This document shows, piece after piece, positions 10,182 to 19,898 of a DNA stretch of 64,000 nucleotides (position 1 is its first letter; the number at the start of each line of letters is the position of its first letter). The notes beneath the pieces are model-generated. The model saw nothing but the letters and a program-made list of their open reading frames with translations. It made no database searches and was not told the origin of the DNA. The translations under genes and the position numbers were made by a program. Source of the stretch: Alphaproteobacteria bacterium (lineage in GTDB: Bacteria; Pseudomonadota; Alphaproteobacteria; UBA2966). Location of the stretch: assembly GCA_964291395.2 (NCBI GenBank), contig OZ219858.1:1088001-1152000 (forward strand), given 5' to 3'.

Positions 10182-11258
10182 ATGACGGTAAGATCGAGAA
10201 TTCGTACCGGCCTTGCGGCCGGCGCGGGCATCGCCGCGATGCTGGGTGCCGGCATGGCGCCAGCGGCTGATTTCGACCTCAAGGTCGCCCATGTGGCCAG
10301 CAGCACCACCCCGGTGCAGATCTGCATCGACGTCATGGAAGGGTACATGGAGCGCATGTCGGGCGGCCGCATCGACGTGCAGTCCTATCCGGCCGGCCAG
10401 CTCGGCAACTTCCGCCAGAACGTGGAGCAGGTGCAGCTCGGCAGTCTCGAGCTGACCTTCACGACCGGCGGCGGAATCTCCAACCTGTTCGGCCCCATCC
10501 AGGCCTTCGACATCCCCTATCTCCTGAAGAACGACCGGGTGGTCAACAAGGTCATGGAAGACGACGAGCTCAACCAGACGCTCGGCGACGACCTCCTGGA
10601 GGCTCTGAAGACCGTTCGCCTGGTCGGCCTGTCGGGTAATCACGGCTGGCGCAGCTTCTTCATCGACAAGGGCCCGACGAACAACCTGCCGGGCGACTGG
10701 CAGGGCAAGAAGATCCGCACCATCGAATCGCCGATCTCGATGGAGCTGGCCAGGGCCGTCGGATTGAACCCGACGCCGATCCCCTGGCAGGAGCTCTACA
10801 CGTCGCTGGCGACGGGCATCGTCTACGGTACGAAGAACTCGCTGATGGACATCATCAACATGGACTTCGACCAGTACCTCAAGTACCTGTTCCGGGATCA
10901 GCACACCTACATCATGTTCTTCTGGTACATGAACGATCCGTTCCTGCAGAAACTGCCGCCCGAGCTGCAGACCGTCTTCGTGGACGGCATGGATCGCCTG
11001 AAGGCCGTGTGTACGGGCCACTTCGAGGTCTACACGCTGCCCTTCTACAAGGAGTTCGCCGAGGTTGGCGGCGAGATCTACGTGCCGACGCCCGAGCAGC
11101 GGCAGTTCCTGCTCAAGGGCCAGCAGGCCGTGGAGAAGTGGTACGTCGACCAGTTCGGCACCGCGTATCCTGACATGATCCGCGCTGCAGTGGCGCGGGC
11201 GGAAGAGGCGATCGCGGCGGAGGACATGCGCGTTCTCGGCCACAAGGCGATGCGCTAG
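10182..11258 (+). CDS. dctP: TRAP substrate-binding protein
   Basis: RBS GGAAGGA, signal peptide, YPAGQLG, FDIPY, GKKIRT, PIPWQELYTSLATG. Confidence 0.9.
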   Translation: MTVRSRIRTGLAAGAGIAAMLGAGMAPAADFDLKVAHVASSTTPVQICIDVMEGYMERMSGGRIDVQSYPAGQLGNFRQNVEQVQLGSLELTFTTGGGISNLFGPIQAFDIPYLLKNDRVVNKVMEDDELNQTLGDDLLEALKTVRLVGLSGNHGWRSFFIDKGPTNNLPGDWQGKKIRTIESPISMELARAVGLNPTPIPWQELYTSLATGIVYGTKNSLMDIINMDFDQYLKYLFRDQHTYIMFFWYMNDPFLQKLPPELQTVFVDGMDRLKAVCTGHFEVYTLPFYKEFAEVGGEIYVPTPEQRQFLLKGQQAVEKWYVDQFGTAYPDMIRAAVARAEEAIAAEDMRVLGHKAMR

Positions 11259-11304
11259 GCATCGGCCCGCGGCGGGCTATCGGCGCCGCCGCGACCGAAA
11301 TCTC

Positions 11305-11332
11305 AGGGGGGCGCTTCGGCGCCCCCCTTTTT
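11305..11332 (+). terminator. Rho-independent terminator
   Basis: AGGGGGGCGC-TTCG-GCGCCCCCCT followed by a T run, between convergent dctP and peroxiredoxin. Confidence 0.85.
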
Positions 11333-11377
11333 GCGGGACAGGGCCTGGGGTCCGACCCCGTGACGATATCGCTGCCG

Positions 11378-12040
11378 CTACTTCGGCTGCGGCACGATAC
11401 GAAGGTAAGGCTTGGGAGCCTCCCATCCTTCCGGGAATTTCTCCCTTGCCTGCTCATCCGACACGGTCGGGACGATGATGACGTCCTCGCCTTGTTTCCA
11501 GTTCACCGGCGTGGCCACTTGATGCTCGGCCGTGAGCTGGCATGAATCCACGAGCCTCAGGACCTCGTCGAAATTCCGCCCCGTGCTCATCGGATAGGTG
11601 AGCATCGCCTTGATCTTCTTGTCCGGCCCGATGACGAACACGGACCGCACGGTGGCGTTGTCCGCCGGCGTCCGTCCTTCGGAGGTCGCGCCGGCATCCG
11701 CCGGCAGCATGTCGAACTGCTTGGCGACGCCGAGGTCCGGATCGCCGATCAGGGGATAGTTCACCGCATGGCCCTGGGTTTCCTCGATGTCCTTGGACCA
11801 CTCCTTGTGGTTGGAGACCGGATCGACGCTCAAGCCCAGGATCTTGCAGTTGCGCTTGTCGAATTCCGGCTTCAATCCGGCCATGTAGCCGAGCTCGGTG
11901 GTGCACACGGGCGTGAAATCCTTGGGATGCGAGAACAGCACCGCCCAGCCGTCCCCGATCCACTCGTGGAAGCTGCCGATGGTCCCTTCGGTGGTCTCCG
12001 CATTGAAATCGGGTACTTCGTCGTTGATTCTGAGTGCCAT
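11378..12040 (-). CDS. 1-Cys peroxiredoxin (Prx6 type)
   Basis: FSHPKDFTPVCTTEL, YPMSTGRNFDE, ATPVNW. Confidence 0.95.
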   Translation of the reverse strand: MALRINDEVPDFNAETTEGTIGSFHEWIGDGWAVLFSHPKDFTPVCTTELGYMAGLKPEFDKRNCKILGLSVDPVSNHKEWSKDIEETQGHAVNYPLIGDPDLGVAKQFDMLPADAGATSEGRTPADNATVRSVFVIGPDKKIKAMLTYPMSTGRNFDEVLRLVDSCQLTAEHQVATPVNWKQGEDVIIVPTVSDEQAREKFPEGWEAPKPYLRIVPQPK

Positions 12041-12224
12041 ATCTCTCTCCTGTCGTGACCTTCCTCGGAGCTTAGGTTATCAAGCAGGCGTCATTTCCGT
12101 CGACGCTGCGGACGTGGTTCTGTCGTATGCACGTACATGTGAACGGCTGTGCGACTTGGCAACCGAAATCCTCGGCAAGACGGGTTCCGGCGAGGATATT
12201 TTTGGTGCGACGGGGCGGGCATCC

Positions 12225-12398
12225 ATGCGCCTGCTCACGACAAGCCGGTTCGAAAGGGATCTCCGACGCGCCCGAAGGCGCGGCAAGAACCTCGACAAAC
12301 TCTGGGCCGTCGTGGACCGGCTGCTGGCTGGGGAACCCCTCGAACCGCGCCACCGTGCCCATCGGCTGTCTGGCCAATGGGTCCAGTCCTGTTCGTGA
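12225..12398 (+). pseudogene. Truncated YafQ/RelE-family toxin
   Basis: MRLLTTSRFERDLRRARRRGKNLDKLWAVVDRLLAGEPLEPRHRAHRLSGQW, then stop. The C-terminal ECH..PD.LL.Y half is absent. Confidence 0.75.
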
Positions 12399-12499
12399 GT
12401 GAAGATGGCCTGAGGCGATGCAGGCCTGTCGGCCACTTCATCGATTTCTGCAGGGACTGTGTGCAGGACAAGCGGTAGGTCGCCCTAAGAGAAGGACAC

Positions 12500-12595
12500 G
12501 TGAGCGACGGCGATACGGAGCCGGTTTATGAATGGGATGGGGTCAAACGACGGTCCAACATCGCGAAGCACGGCGTGGACTTCACCGAGACTGCC
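12500..12595 (+). pseudogene. Truncated BrnT-family toxin N-terminus
   Basis: YEWDGVKRRSNIAKHGVDF is the BrnT N-terminal signature; similarity is lost after about 32 codons. Confidence 0.7.
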
Positions 12596-12649
12596 GCAAA
12601 GCATGGTGAGGAAGCGGCGATAGCTCGCCTCTGTGCTCGCGTGACCACT

Positions 12650-12790
12650 AAGGGGCCATGCGGTGCTGGCCAGCTCGGCTTGGCGGGCGGAATTCGTTTT
12701 CGAGAGCACCTTCTTCAAGGTTCAGCGAACGGTGTTCTCCGAGCGGTCGAGTTCACGCGCGATGTCGCGAACGCTTCTGCCCCGATCTAG
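12650..12790 (-). pseudogene. LuxR-type HTH remnant
   Basis: GRSVRDIARELDRSENTVR*TLKKVLSKTNSARQAEL parallels the HTH of the adjacent regulator; in-frame TGA at 12722-12724. Confidence 0.7.
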
Positions 12791-12807
12791 TCCCGACCAA
12801 GAGGCCT

Positions 12808-13965
12808 TCAGCCGCGGGTCTCCGGAGCGCCTGCCAGGGACCGCACCATGCGCACCAGCTCCGCCTGCCGTGAGAACCCGTGCTTGGCGAACATGTGCTT
12901 CACGTGCGAGCGGATGGTGCTCTCCTTGCGGCCCGTGGCCGTCGCGATCTGGCTCACGCTCATGCCCTGGGCCAGCAGCACCGCAACCCGGCTCTCCATC
13001 CCCGTGAGATCCAGGGCCGCCGCCGCTACGGCGGGATCGATCGAGGTCTCGTGCGCCGGGTCGACGACCAGCACCAGCGCCGCCACCCGCGAAACCGGGA
13101 AATCCGCCTCCCGGCGGCCCACCGGGCTCACGTGCAGCACCAGCGGAGGCAGGACGCCCGGGCGTCTCACGATCGTCGAGCCGCCGGAACCCTGCGCCCC
13201 GAGAGGCGGCAAGGCGCGGCTCAGGAGCGCCTGCAGGTCGTCGTTGTCCCGCCGTGTGCGAGCGGACAGGAACCCGTCGCCGTCGCGCAGGCCGTCGCCG
13301 GTCCGCAGCACGTCCCGGGCGCGGTCGTTCGCCGCCACGATCCGCCCGCGCGCGTCGAGTTGCACGATGCCCAGCCCGGTGTGGTCGAGCATCTCCGTCA
13401 GCGTCGCGCCCAAGGCATCCGCGCGCGCCAGGGTCTGCTGGACGTGCACGGTCTGGCGGATATGCGGCAGGAGACGCCGGATCGAGGCGCGTTGCGCTGA
13501 CGACCAGCCGTCGCCGTCCAACGGGTCGTTGACTTGCCAAAGGATGCGCGTGCCCTTGGGTCCGTCCAGGCGCACGTTGATCGCGTTCCCGGCGTGGGCA
13601 AGGGTTTGCAGCGTGTAGTATGCCTCGGAGGTCTTCCGCTCTTCCTCGGTGTAGAGGTCGGTGATGGGGATCAACCGGTGGAAGGAGCGCTGTCGCAGGC
13701 GGGGTATTCCTTCGTCAATGGGATAGTAGGTCTCCAACCAGAGACGCTCCAGATCCTGGCGCCGTTGCCCGCGAAGGCAGGTCCACATGAAGTAGATCCG
13801 ATAGTCCTCGTCCGACTCCCCGTCGCCGCACGCCAGGGTGCTGCCATGCGTGCCGAGGACCTCGTCGATCAGCGCCGAGGCGCTCGGCCAGCGGGCTGGG
13901 TCGAGCGCCGCCTCGTGCAACGAGGCGAGGATGCGCTCGAACGCGTTCAGTTCGCTTCTGACCAC
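12808..13965 (-). CDS. LuxR-family HTH transcriptional regulator with N-terminal sensor/PAS-like region
   Basis: C-terminal LTGMESRVAVLLAQGMSVSQIATATGRKESTIRSHVKHMFAKHGFSRQAELVR; PAS-like LDARGRIVAANDRA. Confidence 0.88.
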   Translation of the reverse strand: MVRSELNAFERILASLHEAALDPARWPSASALIDEVLGTHGSTLACGDGESDEDYRIYFMWTCLRGQRRQDLERLWLETYYPIDEGIPRLRQRSFHRLIPITDLYTEEERKTSEAYYTLQTLAHAGNAINVRLDGPKGTRILWQVNDPLDGDGWSSAQRASIRRLLPHIRQTVHVQQTLARADALGATLTEMLDHTGLGIVQLDARGRIVAANDRARDVLRTGDGLRDGDGFLSARTRRDNDDLQALLSRALPPLGAQGSGGSTIVRRPGVLPPLVLHVSPVGRREADFPVSRVAALVLVVDPAHETSIDPAVAAAALDLTGMESRVAVLLAQGMSVSQIATATGRKESTIRSHVKHMFAKHGFSRQAELVRMVRSLAGAPETRG

Positions 13966-14147
13966 GGCTTCACAGGCGGACGCTCCGCAGGATGACCCTT
14001 GTTTCCAGAGAAGTGCTTTCTTTCATTGCCGATATTCCCGGCCGCAAACCCGCCTGTCCACGTCGGCGCGACCGCCTGCGGCCTGCCCGCTTACTTTCTC
14101 ACCTCCCCACGTTAGGTGAGGATAGTCGGATTGCGCGCTTCCGTACT

Positions 14148-14163
14148 TCCCCAATATTGGGGA
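14148..14163 (-). promoter_or_regulatory. Palindromic box 1, promoter of the LuxR regulator
   Basis: TCCCCAATATTGGGGA; on the minus strand TATCCT (14124-14119) starts 24 nt after the box. Confidence 0.65.
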
Positions 14164-14309
14164 GGTGCGACGGGATTGTCGTTTGCGCGCTCAATACCCG
14201 CCTGTTGGACGGCGGCCAATACGCGCGCCAATCAACACACGCCTGCCGAGGGCACCGTCGAAGCGCCGCTCCGCAAACTAGATCGCCCAAGCGGTCGATC
14301 GACAAATCC

Positions 14310-14325
14310 TCCCCAATCTTGGGGA
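14310..14325 (+). promoter_or_regulatory. Palindromic box 2, promoter of tauABC
   Basis: TCCCCAATCTTGGGGA; TAGGCT (14349-14354) starts 24 nt after the box. Confidence 0.65.
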
Positions 14326-14486
14326 CGCGCGAAGCCTGGTAATCGGCCTAGGCTTCCAGTTCATTTCGACGCCGGGAAGAGGGGTATGGCGAGAACGGTC
14401 GTGTGGTAGCCGGGAGTGTGCTGGGTTCCATCGGAAGGGACAGGGGCATTCCCAACCGGCGAAACTCTAGAGGGAGGAAGCGAGCC

Positions 14487-15485
14487 ATGAAGAGATGTCT
14501 ACGAAACACCGTCATCGCTGCCGCATCCGTGTTGATCGGTTTCACCGGCAGCGCACAGGCGGCCGACGTGACGGTCGGATTCCAGCTCGTGTACGGCCCG
14601 TGGAAGGCCAAGATGGAGGAGCTCAAGGCGAACGGTCTTGGGGGCAAGAGTATCGAGTTCGTGAAGTTCACTTCCGGCACCGAGGTCATCAATGCCATGG
14701 CGTCGGGCTCGGTCGATATCTCGCTCAACGGGTCGTCACCGACGGCGGCGGGCTACAGCCGCGGCGTCGATCTGCAGGTCATCTACATCTACGACAACAT
14801 CAACAACGCGGAAGCGCTGGTCGTTGATGATTCCGTCACCGCGCCGCAGGACCTCAAGGGCAAGACGATCGCGGTGCCATTCGGCTCCACCACCCACTTC
14901 CACATGATGTTCGCCCTGGAGCAGTTCAACATCCCGCCGAGGGACCTGAAGGTGATCGACATGTCGCCGCCGGACATGGTTGCGGCGTGGGAGCGCGGCG
15001 ACATCAACGGCGGGTTCGTCTGGGATCCGGCCCTCGGGCGCATGAAGGAGAAGGGGCGCGTGCTCCTCACCTCCGGCGACCTCAGCAATTGGGGCAAGGC
15101 CACCTTCGACGCGATGGTCGCGCGCAAGGGGTTCACGGACGAGAACCCCGAGTTCGCCTGCCAGTGGGTGAAGATGGTGTCGTCGGCCGATGCCGACTAT
15201 CGGGGCAACCCTGGAGCCTACGGACCGGGGACCGACAACGCCATGGCGATTGCCAAGAGCGTGTCCGGAGAGGAAGCGCAGGTCGGCGGCGTGCTCGCCC
15301 TGTACGACTATCCGACTCTCGAGGAGCAGGTGTCCGGGACGTGGCTCGGCGGCGGTGTGCAGAACGCCCTGATGGCGGCCTCGGAGTTCCTGAAGTCCCA
15401 GGGCAAGCTCGACGACGTGCTCGAGAGCTACGCCGACTCGGCAACGCCAAAGTTCGCGCAGATGGTGCTGGACGGCGGATGCTGA
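14487..15485 (+). CDS. tauA: Taurine-type ABC substrate-binding protein
   Basis: RBS GGGAGG, signal peptide, KFTSG..V..AMASG, GSSP, AEALVV, IAVPFGSTTH, FVWDPAL as in TauA. Confidence 0.8.
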   Translation: MKRCLRNTVIAAASVLIGFTGSAQAADVTVGFQLVYGPWKAKMEELKANGLGGKSIEFVKFTSGTEVINAMASGSVDISLNGSSPTAAGYSRGVDLQVIYIYDNINNAEALVVDDSVTAPQDLKGKTIAVPFGSTTHFHMMFALEQFNIPPRDLKVIDMSPPDMVAAWERGDINGGFVWDPALGRMKEKGRVLLTSGDLSNWGKATFDAMVARKGFTDENPEFACQWVKMVSSADADYRGNPGAYGPGTDNAMAIAKSVSGEEAQVGGVLALYDYPTLEEQVSGTWLGGGVQNALMAASEFLKSQGKLDDVLESYADSATPKFAQMVLDGGC

Positions 15486-15632
15486 GCGCATCCCGCGCGA
15501 GCGGTTGACAAGGGACAGGCCGGGCGCGGTGCACCCCACCGGGCCCGGCCGGACCCTGGTGTGAAATCGGGTCGAATGCGGACGTTCGTCGATCGCGAAC
15601 GGCGGCGTCGACTTTAGAACGGCCATGCGTCC

Positions 15633-16433
15633 ATGACCGCGGTCATCAGCCTCAACCATGTCTCGATGGAGTTCCCGGCCCTCCAGGGACGTGGGAGCGT
15701 CCAGGCGCTCGAGGACGTCAACTTCGAGTTCCGCGACAACGAATTCGTCGTGGCCCTCGGCGCTTCCGGCTGCGGCAAGACCACGCTGCTCAACGTCATC
15801 GCGGGCTTCCTCCCCCCTACCTCCGGAAAGGTCCTGCACAAGGGTATGCCGGTCAGCGGTCCCGGAAAGGACCGCGGCGTCGTCTTTCAAAAGCATGCCC
15901 TGCTGCCGTGGTTCGACGTGATCGAGAACACCGAGTTCGGCCTCAAGCTCCAGGGAATTGCGCGCGCCGAACGCCGGGCCAGAGCGCAGGAAAACCTGGA
16001 CCTGGTCGGGCTGTCGGACTTCGAGAACTACCCGATCTACCAGCTCTCCGGGGGCATGCAGCAGCGCGTCGGCCTCGCCCGGGCGCTGACCTGCGACCCC
16101 GACATGCTGCTCATGGACGAGCCCCTCGGCGCGCTCGATGCCTTCACCCGCGAGAACATGCAGGAGCTGATCCTCGACGTGTGGAGGAAGACGCGGAAGG
16201 TCGTGTTCTTCATCACCCATAGCGTCGAAGAAGCGTTGTTCATGGCGACCCGGCTCATCGTCATGTCCCCGCGGCCGGGCCGCATCACGCACGAGTACGA
16301 TCTCGACTTCTGCGGCCGGTTCTTCGAGACCGGCAACGCGAGGCAGGTCAAGTCCTCGTCCGAGTTCATCGAGGTGCGCGAGGAGATCCTGTCGATCATC
16401 CACGGCGAAGAAGTGGGTGAGCAGATCCCATGA
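15633..16433 (+). CDS. tauB: ABC ATP-binding protein (TauB type)
   Basis: GASGCGKT, DRGVVFQ, LSGGMQQR, MDEPLGALDAFTRE. Confidence 0.85.
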   Translation: MTAVISLNHVSMEFPALQGRGSVQALEDVNFEFRDNEFVVALGASGCGKTTLLNVIAGFLPPTSGKVLHKGMPVSGPGKDRGVVFQKHALLPWFDVIENTEFGLKLQGIARAERRARAQENLDLVGLSDFENYPIYQLSGGMQQRVGLARALTCDPDMLLMDEPLGALDAFTRENMQELILDVWRKTRKVVFFITHSVEEALFMATRLIVMSPRPGRITHEYDLDFCGRFFETGNARQVKSSSEFIEVREEILSIIHGEEVGEQIP

Positions 16434-17323
16434 ACCTCTGGATCTTCTCGCGGCGGAAACAACAGGCCGTCGACCAGTACGGGGCGCCGGGCCGCGGCAA
16501 CAGCACCTTCATCAGCGCGGTCACGATCGTGGCGATCCTCGGGGGGTGGTGGGTCGTCACCCACCTCGAGCTGATCCGCCCCCTGTTCCTGCCGTCTCCC
16601 GAATTGGTGATCTCGAAGTTCAACAGGATCGCGTGCACCGACTACTACCTCGAGAAGCTGCTCGTCGCGCTCGGCGCGCGTGACGGCGTCGAGGCCGAGT
16701 GCGCCGGTTTCAGCGAGCACACCCTCTACGAACATATCCTGTGGAGCCTTTACCGGGTATTTCTCTCCTTCTTCCTGGCGGTGGTGACCGCCGTTCCCAT
16801 CGGCATCGCGATGGGCATGAGCCGTTACGCCCGCGGCGTCTTCGACCCGCCGATCGAGTTCTATCGTCCGATCCCACCGCTGGCGTATCTCCCGCTGACG
16901 ATCATCTGGTTCGGGATCGGCGAGTCCGGCAAGCTGTTCCTGATCTATCTCGCCTGCTTCGCTCCCATCGCGATAAACGCCCGGGCCGGGGTGCGCTCGG
17001 TCTCGATCGAGCAGATTCATGCGGCCTATTCGATGGGCGGAACTCCCCAGCAGGTGGTTCGACAGGTGGTGATCAAGGCGGCACTCCCCGAGATCCTCAC
17101 CGGCATGCGGGTCGCGATCGCCTTCGGCTGGACCACGCTGGTCGCGGCGGAGATGGTCGCGGCCAAGGCGGGAATCGGCGTCATGGTTCTGAATGCCGCG
17201 CGGTTTCTGGCCACCGACATCGTGTTTCTCGGTATCGTGGTGATCGGGGCCGTCGCGTTCGTATTCGACCTCATCATGCGGAGAATCGAGCGGGCGCTCG
17301 TCCCGTGGAAGGGGAAGGTCTGA
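16430..17323 (+). CDS. tauC: ABC permease (TauC type)
   Basis: YRPIPPLAYLPL, GIGESGK, GWTTLVAAE, C-terminal VPWKGK; ATGA overlap with tauB. Confidence 0.85.
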   Translation: MNLWIFSRRKQQAVDQYGAPGRGNSTFISAVTIVAILGGWWVVTHLELIRPLFLPSPELVISKFNRIACTDYYLEKLLVALGARDGVEAECAGFSEHTLYEHILWSLYRVFLSFFLAVVTAVPIGIAMGMSRYARGVFDPPIEFYRPIPPLAYLPLTIIWFGIGESGKLFLIYLACFAPIAINARAGVRSVSIEQIHAAYSMGGTPQQVVRQVVIKAALPEILTGMRVAIAFGWTTLVAAEMVAAKAGIGVMVLNAARFLATDIVFLGIVVIGAVAFVFDLIMRRIERALVPWKGKV

Positions 17324-17514
17324 CGCGGCTGATCGACCGGTCGAAAACGTTGGCGGCGGCTCAATGACGATGGAATGGACGCCTGCTCCATGACACTCCC
17401 GGAGGCACCCCGACGCGTCCCACTCCTCTTTCCGGCAACCGTTCCACGCCCGGGCTGACGAAGTCCTCGCCATTTGAACTCGGCCCGCCCAAGACGCGGG
17501 AAGATTGCCAATTC

Positions 17515-17530
17515 TCCCCAATATTGGGGA
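17515..17530 (+). promoter_or_regulatory. Palindromic box 3, promoter of tmoX-type operon
   Basis: TCCCCAATATTGGGGA; TAACCT (17554-17559) starts 24 nt after the box. Confidence 0.65.
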
Positions 17531-17697
17531 CGCGGAAAACCCCGCAGTTGCCCTAACCTTCCCTGGTCGAATCGGCGACGCCCGGTCGGTGGCGGGCGCG
17601 GCCTCGTCCGCCGGCACAAGCCGCGCCGGACCTCGCCGCTGCCCCCGCCGACCACCCAAGAGGTCTGGTTTGGCTCGAGTAGGAGAGGAGAATTGAC

Positions 17698-18645
17698 ATG
17701 ATCAGCCGGAAGTCGATTGTTGGAAGTATCCTGGGTCTATGTTTGGCGGTCGCGGGTTCCGCGAACGCCGCCGATCCGATCCGCATCCCGCTTCACAATT
17801 GGACCAGCCAGTTGGTGGGCGCGGAAATTGTCGGTCAAATCCTGGAGGCGGCCGGGAGTGAAGTCGAATACGTGCCGGCCGACAGCGGCGCGGTCTACGA
17901 AGCCATGTGCGAGGGCGACGTCGACCTCGTGCACGAGGTCTGGCAAGGCGCCTTCGGCGTTGCCTTCGAAAAGCAGGTTGCCAAGGGATGCGTGATCGAC
18001 GCGGCCACGCACGCCGCTCTGACGCGCGAGGAATGGTGGTATCCGGCGTACGTCGAGGAGGCCTGCCCGGGCCTGCCCGACTGGCAAGCCTTGAACAAGT
18101 GCGCCGAGCTGTTCGCCACCTCCGAAACCGCGCCGAAAGGCCGGTTCCTGGGCGGCCCCGCCGAATGGCTGAAGGGAGACGACGAACGCGTCAAGGGGCT
18201 GGGCATGAACTTCGCCGTGATCAACGCGGGGTCAGCGGACGCGCTATGGGCGGAACTCGCCATCGCTTCCGAAAAGAATAAGCCGATCGTGCTCTTCAAC
18301 TGGACCCCGAATTTCATCGAGGCTCTTTATGAGGGGAAGTTCGTTGAATTCCCGGACTACTTCGAAGGGTGCCGTGAGGATGCGTCAATGGGGATCAATC
18401 CCGAGACCACACACGACTGCGGCAACCCCAAGGATGGCTATCTGAAGATCGGCGTGTGGAAGGAGTTTCCCGAGAATCACCCGGCCGCCTACAAGGTTGT
18501 CCAGAAGATTACCTTCTCCAATCTGGACATTGCCGTAATGTCCAAGCTGGTGGACGTCGACAAGATGGAAGTCAAGGACGCGGCCGCCAAATGGCTGAAG
18601 GACAACGAGGCCAAGTGGCAGGCCTGGCTTTCGCCCAGTGGATAG
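17698..18645 (+). CDS. tmoX: Glycine-betaine-family ABC substrate-binding protein, TmoX (TMAO-binding)-like
   Basis: PIRIPLHNWTSQ, EVWQGAFG, TREEWWYP, CPGLPDW, INAGSA.ALWAE and FNWTPNF resemble Roseobacter TmoX as recalled. Confidence 0.72.
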   Translation: MISRKSIVGSILGLCLAVAGSANAADPIRIPLHNWTSQLVGAEIVGQILEAAGSEVEYVPADSGAVYEAMCEGDVDLVHEVWQGAFGVAFEKQVAKGCVIDAATHAALTREEWWYPAYVEEACPGLPDWQALNKCAELFATSETAPKGRFLGGPAEWLKGDDERVKGLGMNFAVINAGSADALWAELAIASEKNKPIVLFNWTPNFIEALYEGKFVEFPDYFEGCREDASMGINPETTHDCGNPKDGYLKIGVWKEFPENHPAAYKVVQKITFSNLDIAVMSKLVDVDKMEVKDAAAKWLKDNEAKWQAWLSPSG

Positions 18646-18704
18646 TTTGCGACCGGGCTTGGGTGACCCATTGCCCGAGCTCGATCGTCGTTGATGGTCA
18701 GTCG

Positions 18705-18742
18705 AATGCCGGTCAACGGGCCGACCCGTTGACCGGCATTTT
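18705..18742 (+). terminator. Perfect 16-bp hairpin after tmoX
   Basis: AATGCCGGTCAACGGG-CCGA-CCCGTTGACCGGCATT followed by TT. Confidence 0.7.
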
Positions 18743-18873
18743 GATTCCAGACAACGCCTGAGACCACTCCGGGGTCGATGCCTGAACTGCCTGACGGACG
18801 TGCCTCTGGTGGTATCAAGCCTTGAAGTCGTTCCTGCAAGAGGACTGCACAGAACAGGAGGAATGATCGCTCG

Positions 18874-19896
18874 ATGGCTGAACCGGTAATTCTCTGTCGC
18901 GGACTTTGGAAGGTCTTCGGGCCGGAGCCTGCGGAATTCCTCGCCCGGCACGGCTCCAATCCGTCCTCCGAGGATTTTCAGGAAACAGGTCATATCGGTG
19001 CGGTCCAGGATGCCAATCTCGACGTTCAGCCCGGCGAGATCCTGGTAATCATGGGCCTGTCCGGATCAGGCAAGTCGACGGTGGTCCGCTGCCTCTCGCG
19101 TTTGGTGGAACCCACCGCTGGCCAGGTGTTGTTTCAGGGCACCGACCTCCTCAAGGCCACTGACAAGGAGTTGATCGAGATACGCCGTCACAAGATGGGC
19201 ATGGTGTTTCAGAATTTCGCGCTGCTCCCCCATCGGACGGTGATCGACAACGTCGCGTTTCCCCTGGAGGTGCAGGGCGTCGACCGCACGAAGCGACACG
19301 ACCGGGCCCGTGAGATCATCGAACTGGTGGGGTTGAAGGGCCGCGAGGGATACTATCCGCGAGAACTGTCGGGCGGCCAGCAGCAGCGCGTGGGAATTTC
19401 CCGATCGCTCGCCGTCGAGCCCGACGTGTGGTTCCTGGACGAACCCTTCTCGGCCCTCGATCCGCTGATCCGGCGGGAGATGCAGGACGAATTCCTCCGC
19501 CTCCAGAACCTGCTGCACAAAACGATCATCTTCATCACCCACGACTTCGACGAAGCCATCCGGCTCGCCGATCGCATCGCCATCATGTACGAGGGAAGGA
19601 TCGTGCAGCTCGGCACGGCCGAGGAGCTGGTTACGAAACCGGCCACCGACTACGTGCGGGCGTTCACGCGCGACATCCCCAAGGCGAAGCTGTTGACGGT
19701 CGCCAGCGTCATGGGACCCCCCGAAGAGGGCCAGGGGGACGGCCCTACGGTCAAGGACGATCAACTCATCGGCGACGTTGCAGGTCTGGTGATCGGCCAG
19801 GACAAGCCCGTAGCCGTCATGGACGCGTCAGGGACTCCGGTGGGCTCCCTGACGCGAGGGCAGGTGGTCGACGTGCTTTTCACCGACGGAAGCTGA
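18874..19896 (+). CDS. ProV-type ABC ATP-binding protein
   Basis: GLSGSGKST, LSGGQQQR, LDEPFSALDPLIRREMQ, C-terminal CBS-like region. Confidence 0.92.
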   Translation: MAEPVILCRGLWKVFGPEPAEFLARHGSNPSSEDFQETGHIGAVQDANLDVQPGEILVIMGLSGSGKSTVVRCLSRLVEPTAGQVLFQGTDLLKATDKELIEIRRHKMGMVFQNFALLPHRTVIDNVAFPLEVQGVDRTKRHDRAREIIELVGLKGREGYYPRELSGGQQQRVGISRSLAVEPDVWFLDEPFSALDPLIRREMQDEFLRLQNLLHKTIIFITHDFDEAIRLADRIAIMYEGRIVQLGTAEELVTKPATDYVRAFTRDIPKAKLLTVASVMGPPEEGQGDGPTVKDDQLIGDVAGLVIGQDKPVAVMDASGTPVGSLTRGQVVDVLFTDGS

Positions 19897-19898
19897 TC

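Noticed and set aside
8703-11243. Long antisense ORFs (846 aa here; also 2674-4794, 14736-16403, 16037-17659)
   Set aside because: Shadow frames of real high-GC genes on the opposite strand, with no motifs of their own.
11347-11359. GGGGTCCGACCCC REP-like motif
   Set aside because: Single copy in the window and no associated transposase.
12722-12724. In-frame TGA as selenocysteine or recoding
   Set aside because: It lies in an isolated HTH fragment with no start or sensor domain; a TGG-to-TGA nonsense change is simpler.
14104-17530. Palindromic boxes as CRISPR repeats or REP/MITE units
   Set aside because: Only 16 bp, irregularly spaced, no cas genes, and positionally tied to promoters.
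19428-19898. 841-aa permease ORF start overlapping the ATPase
   Set aside because: The N-terminal 157 codons are an alternative frame of the ATPase gene; the real start is about 19899.
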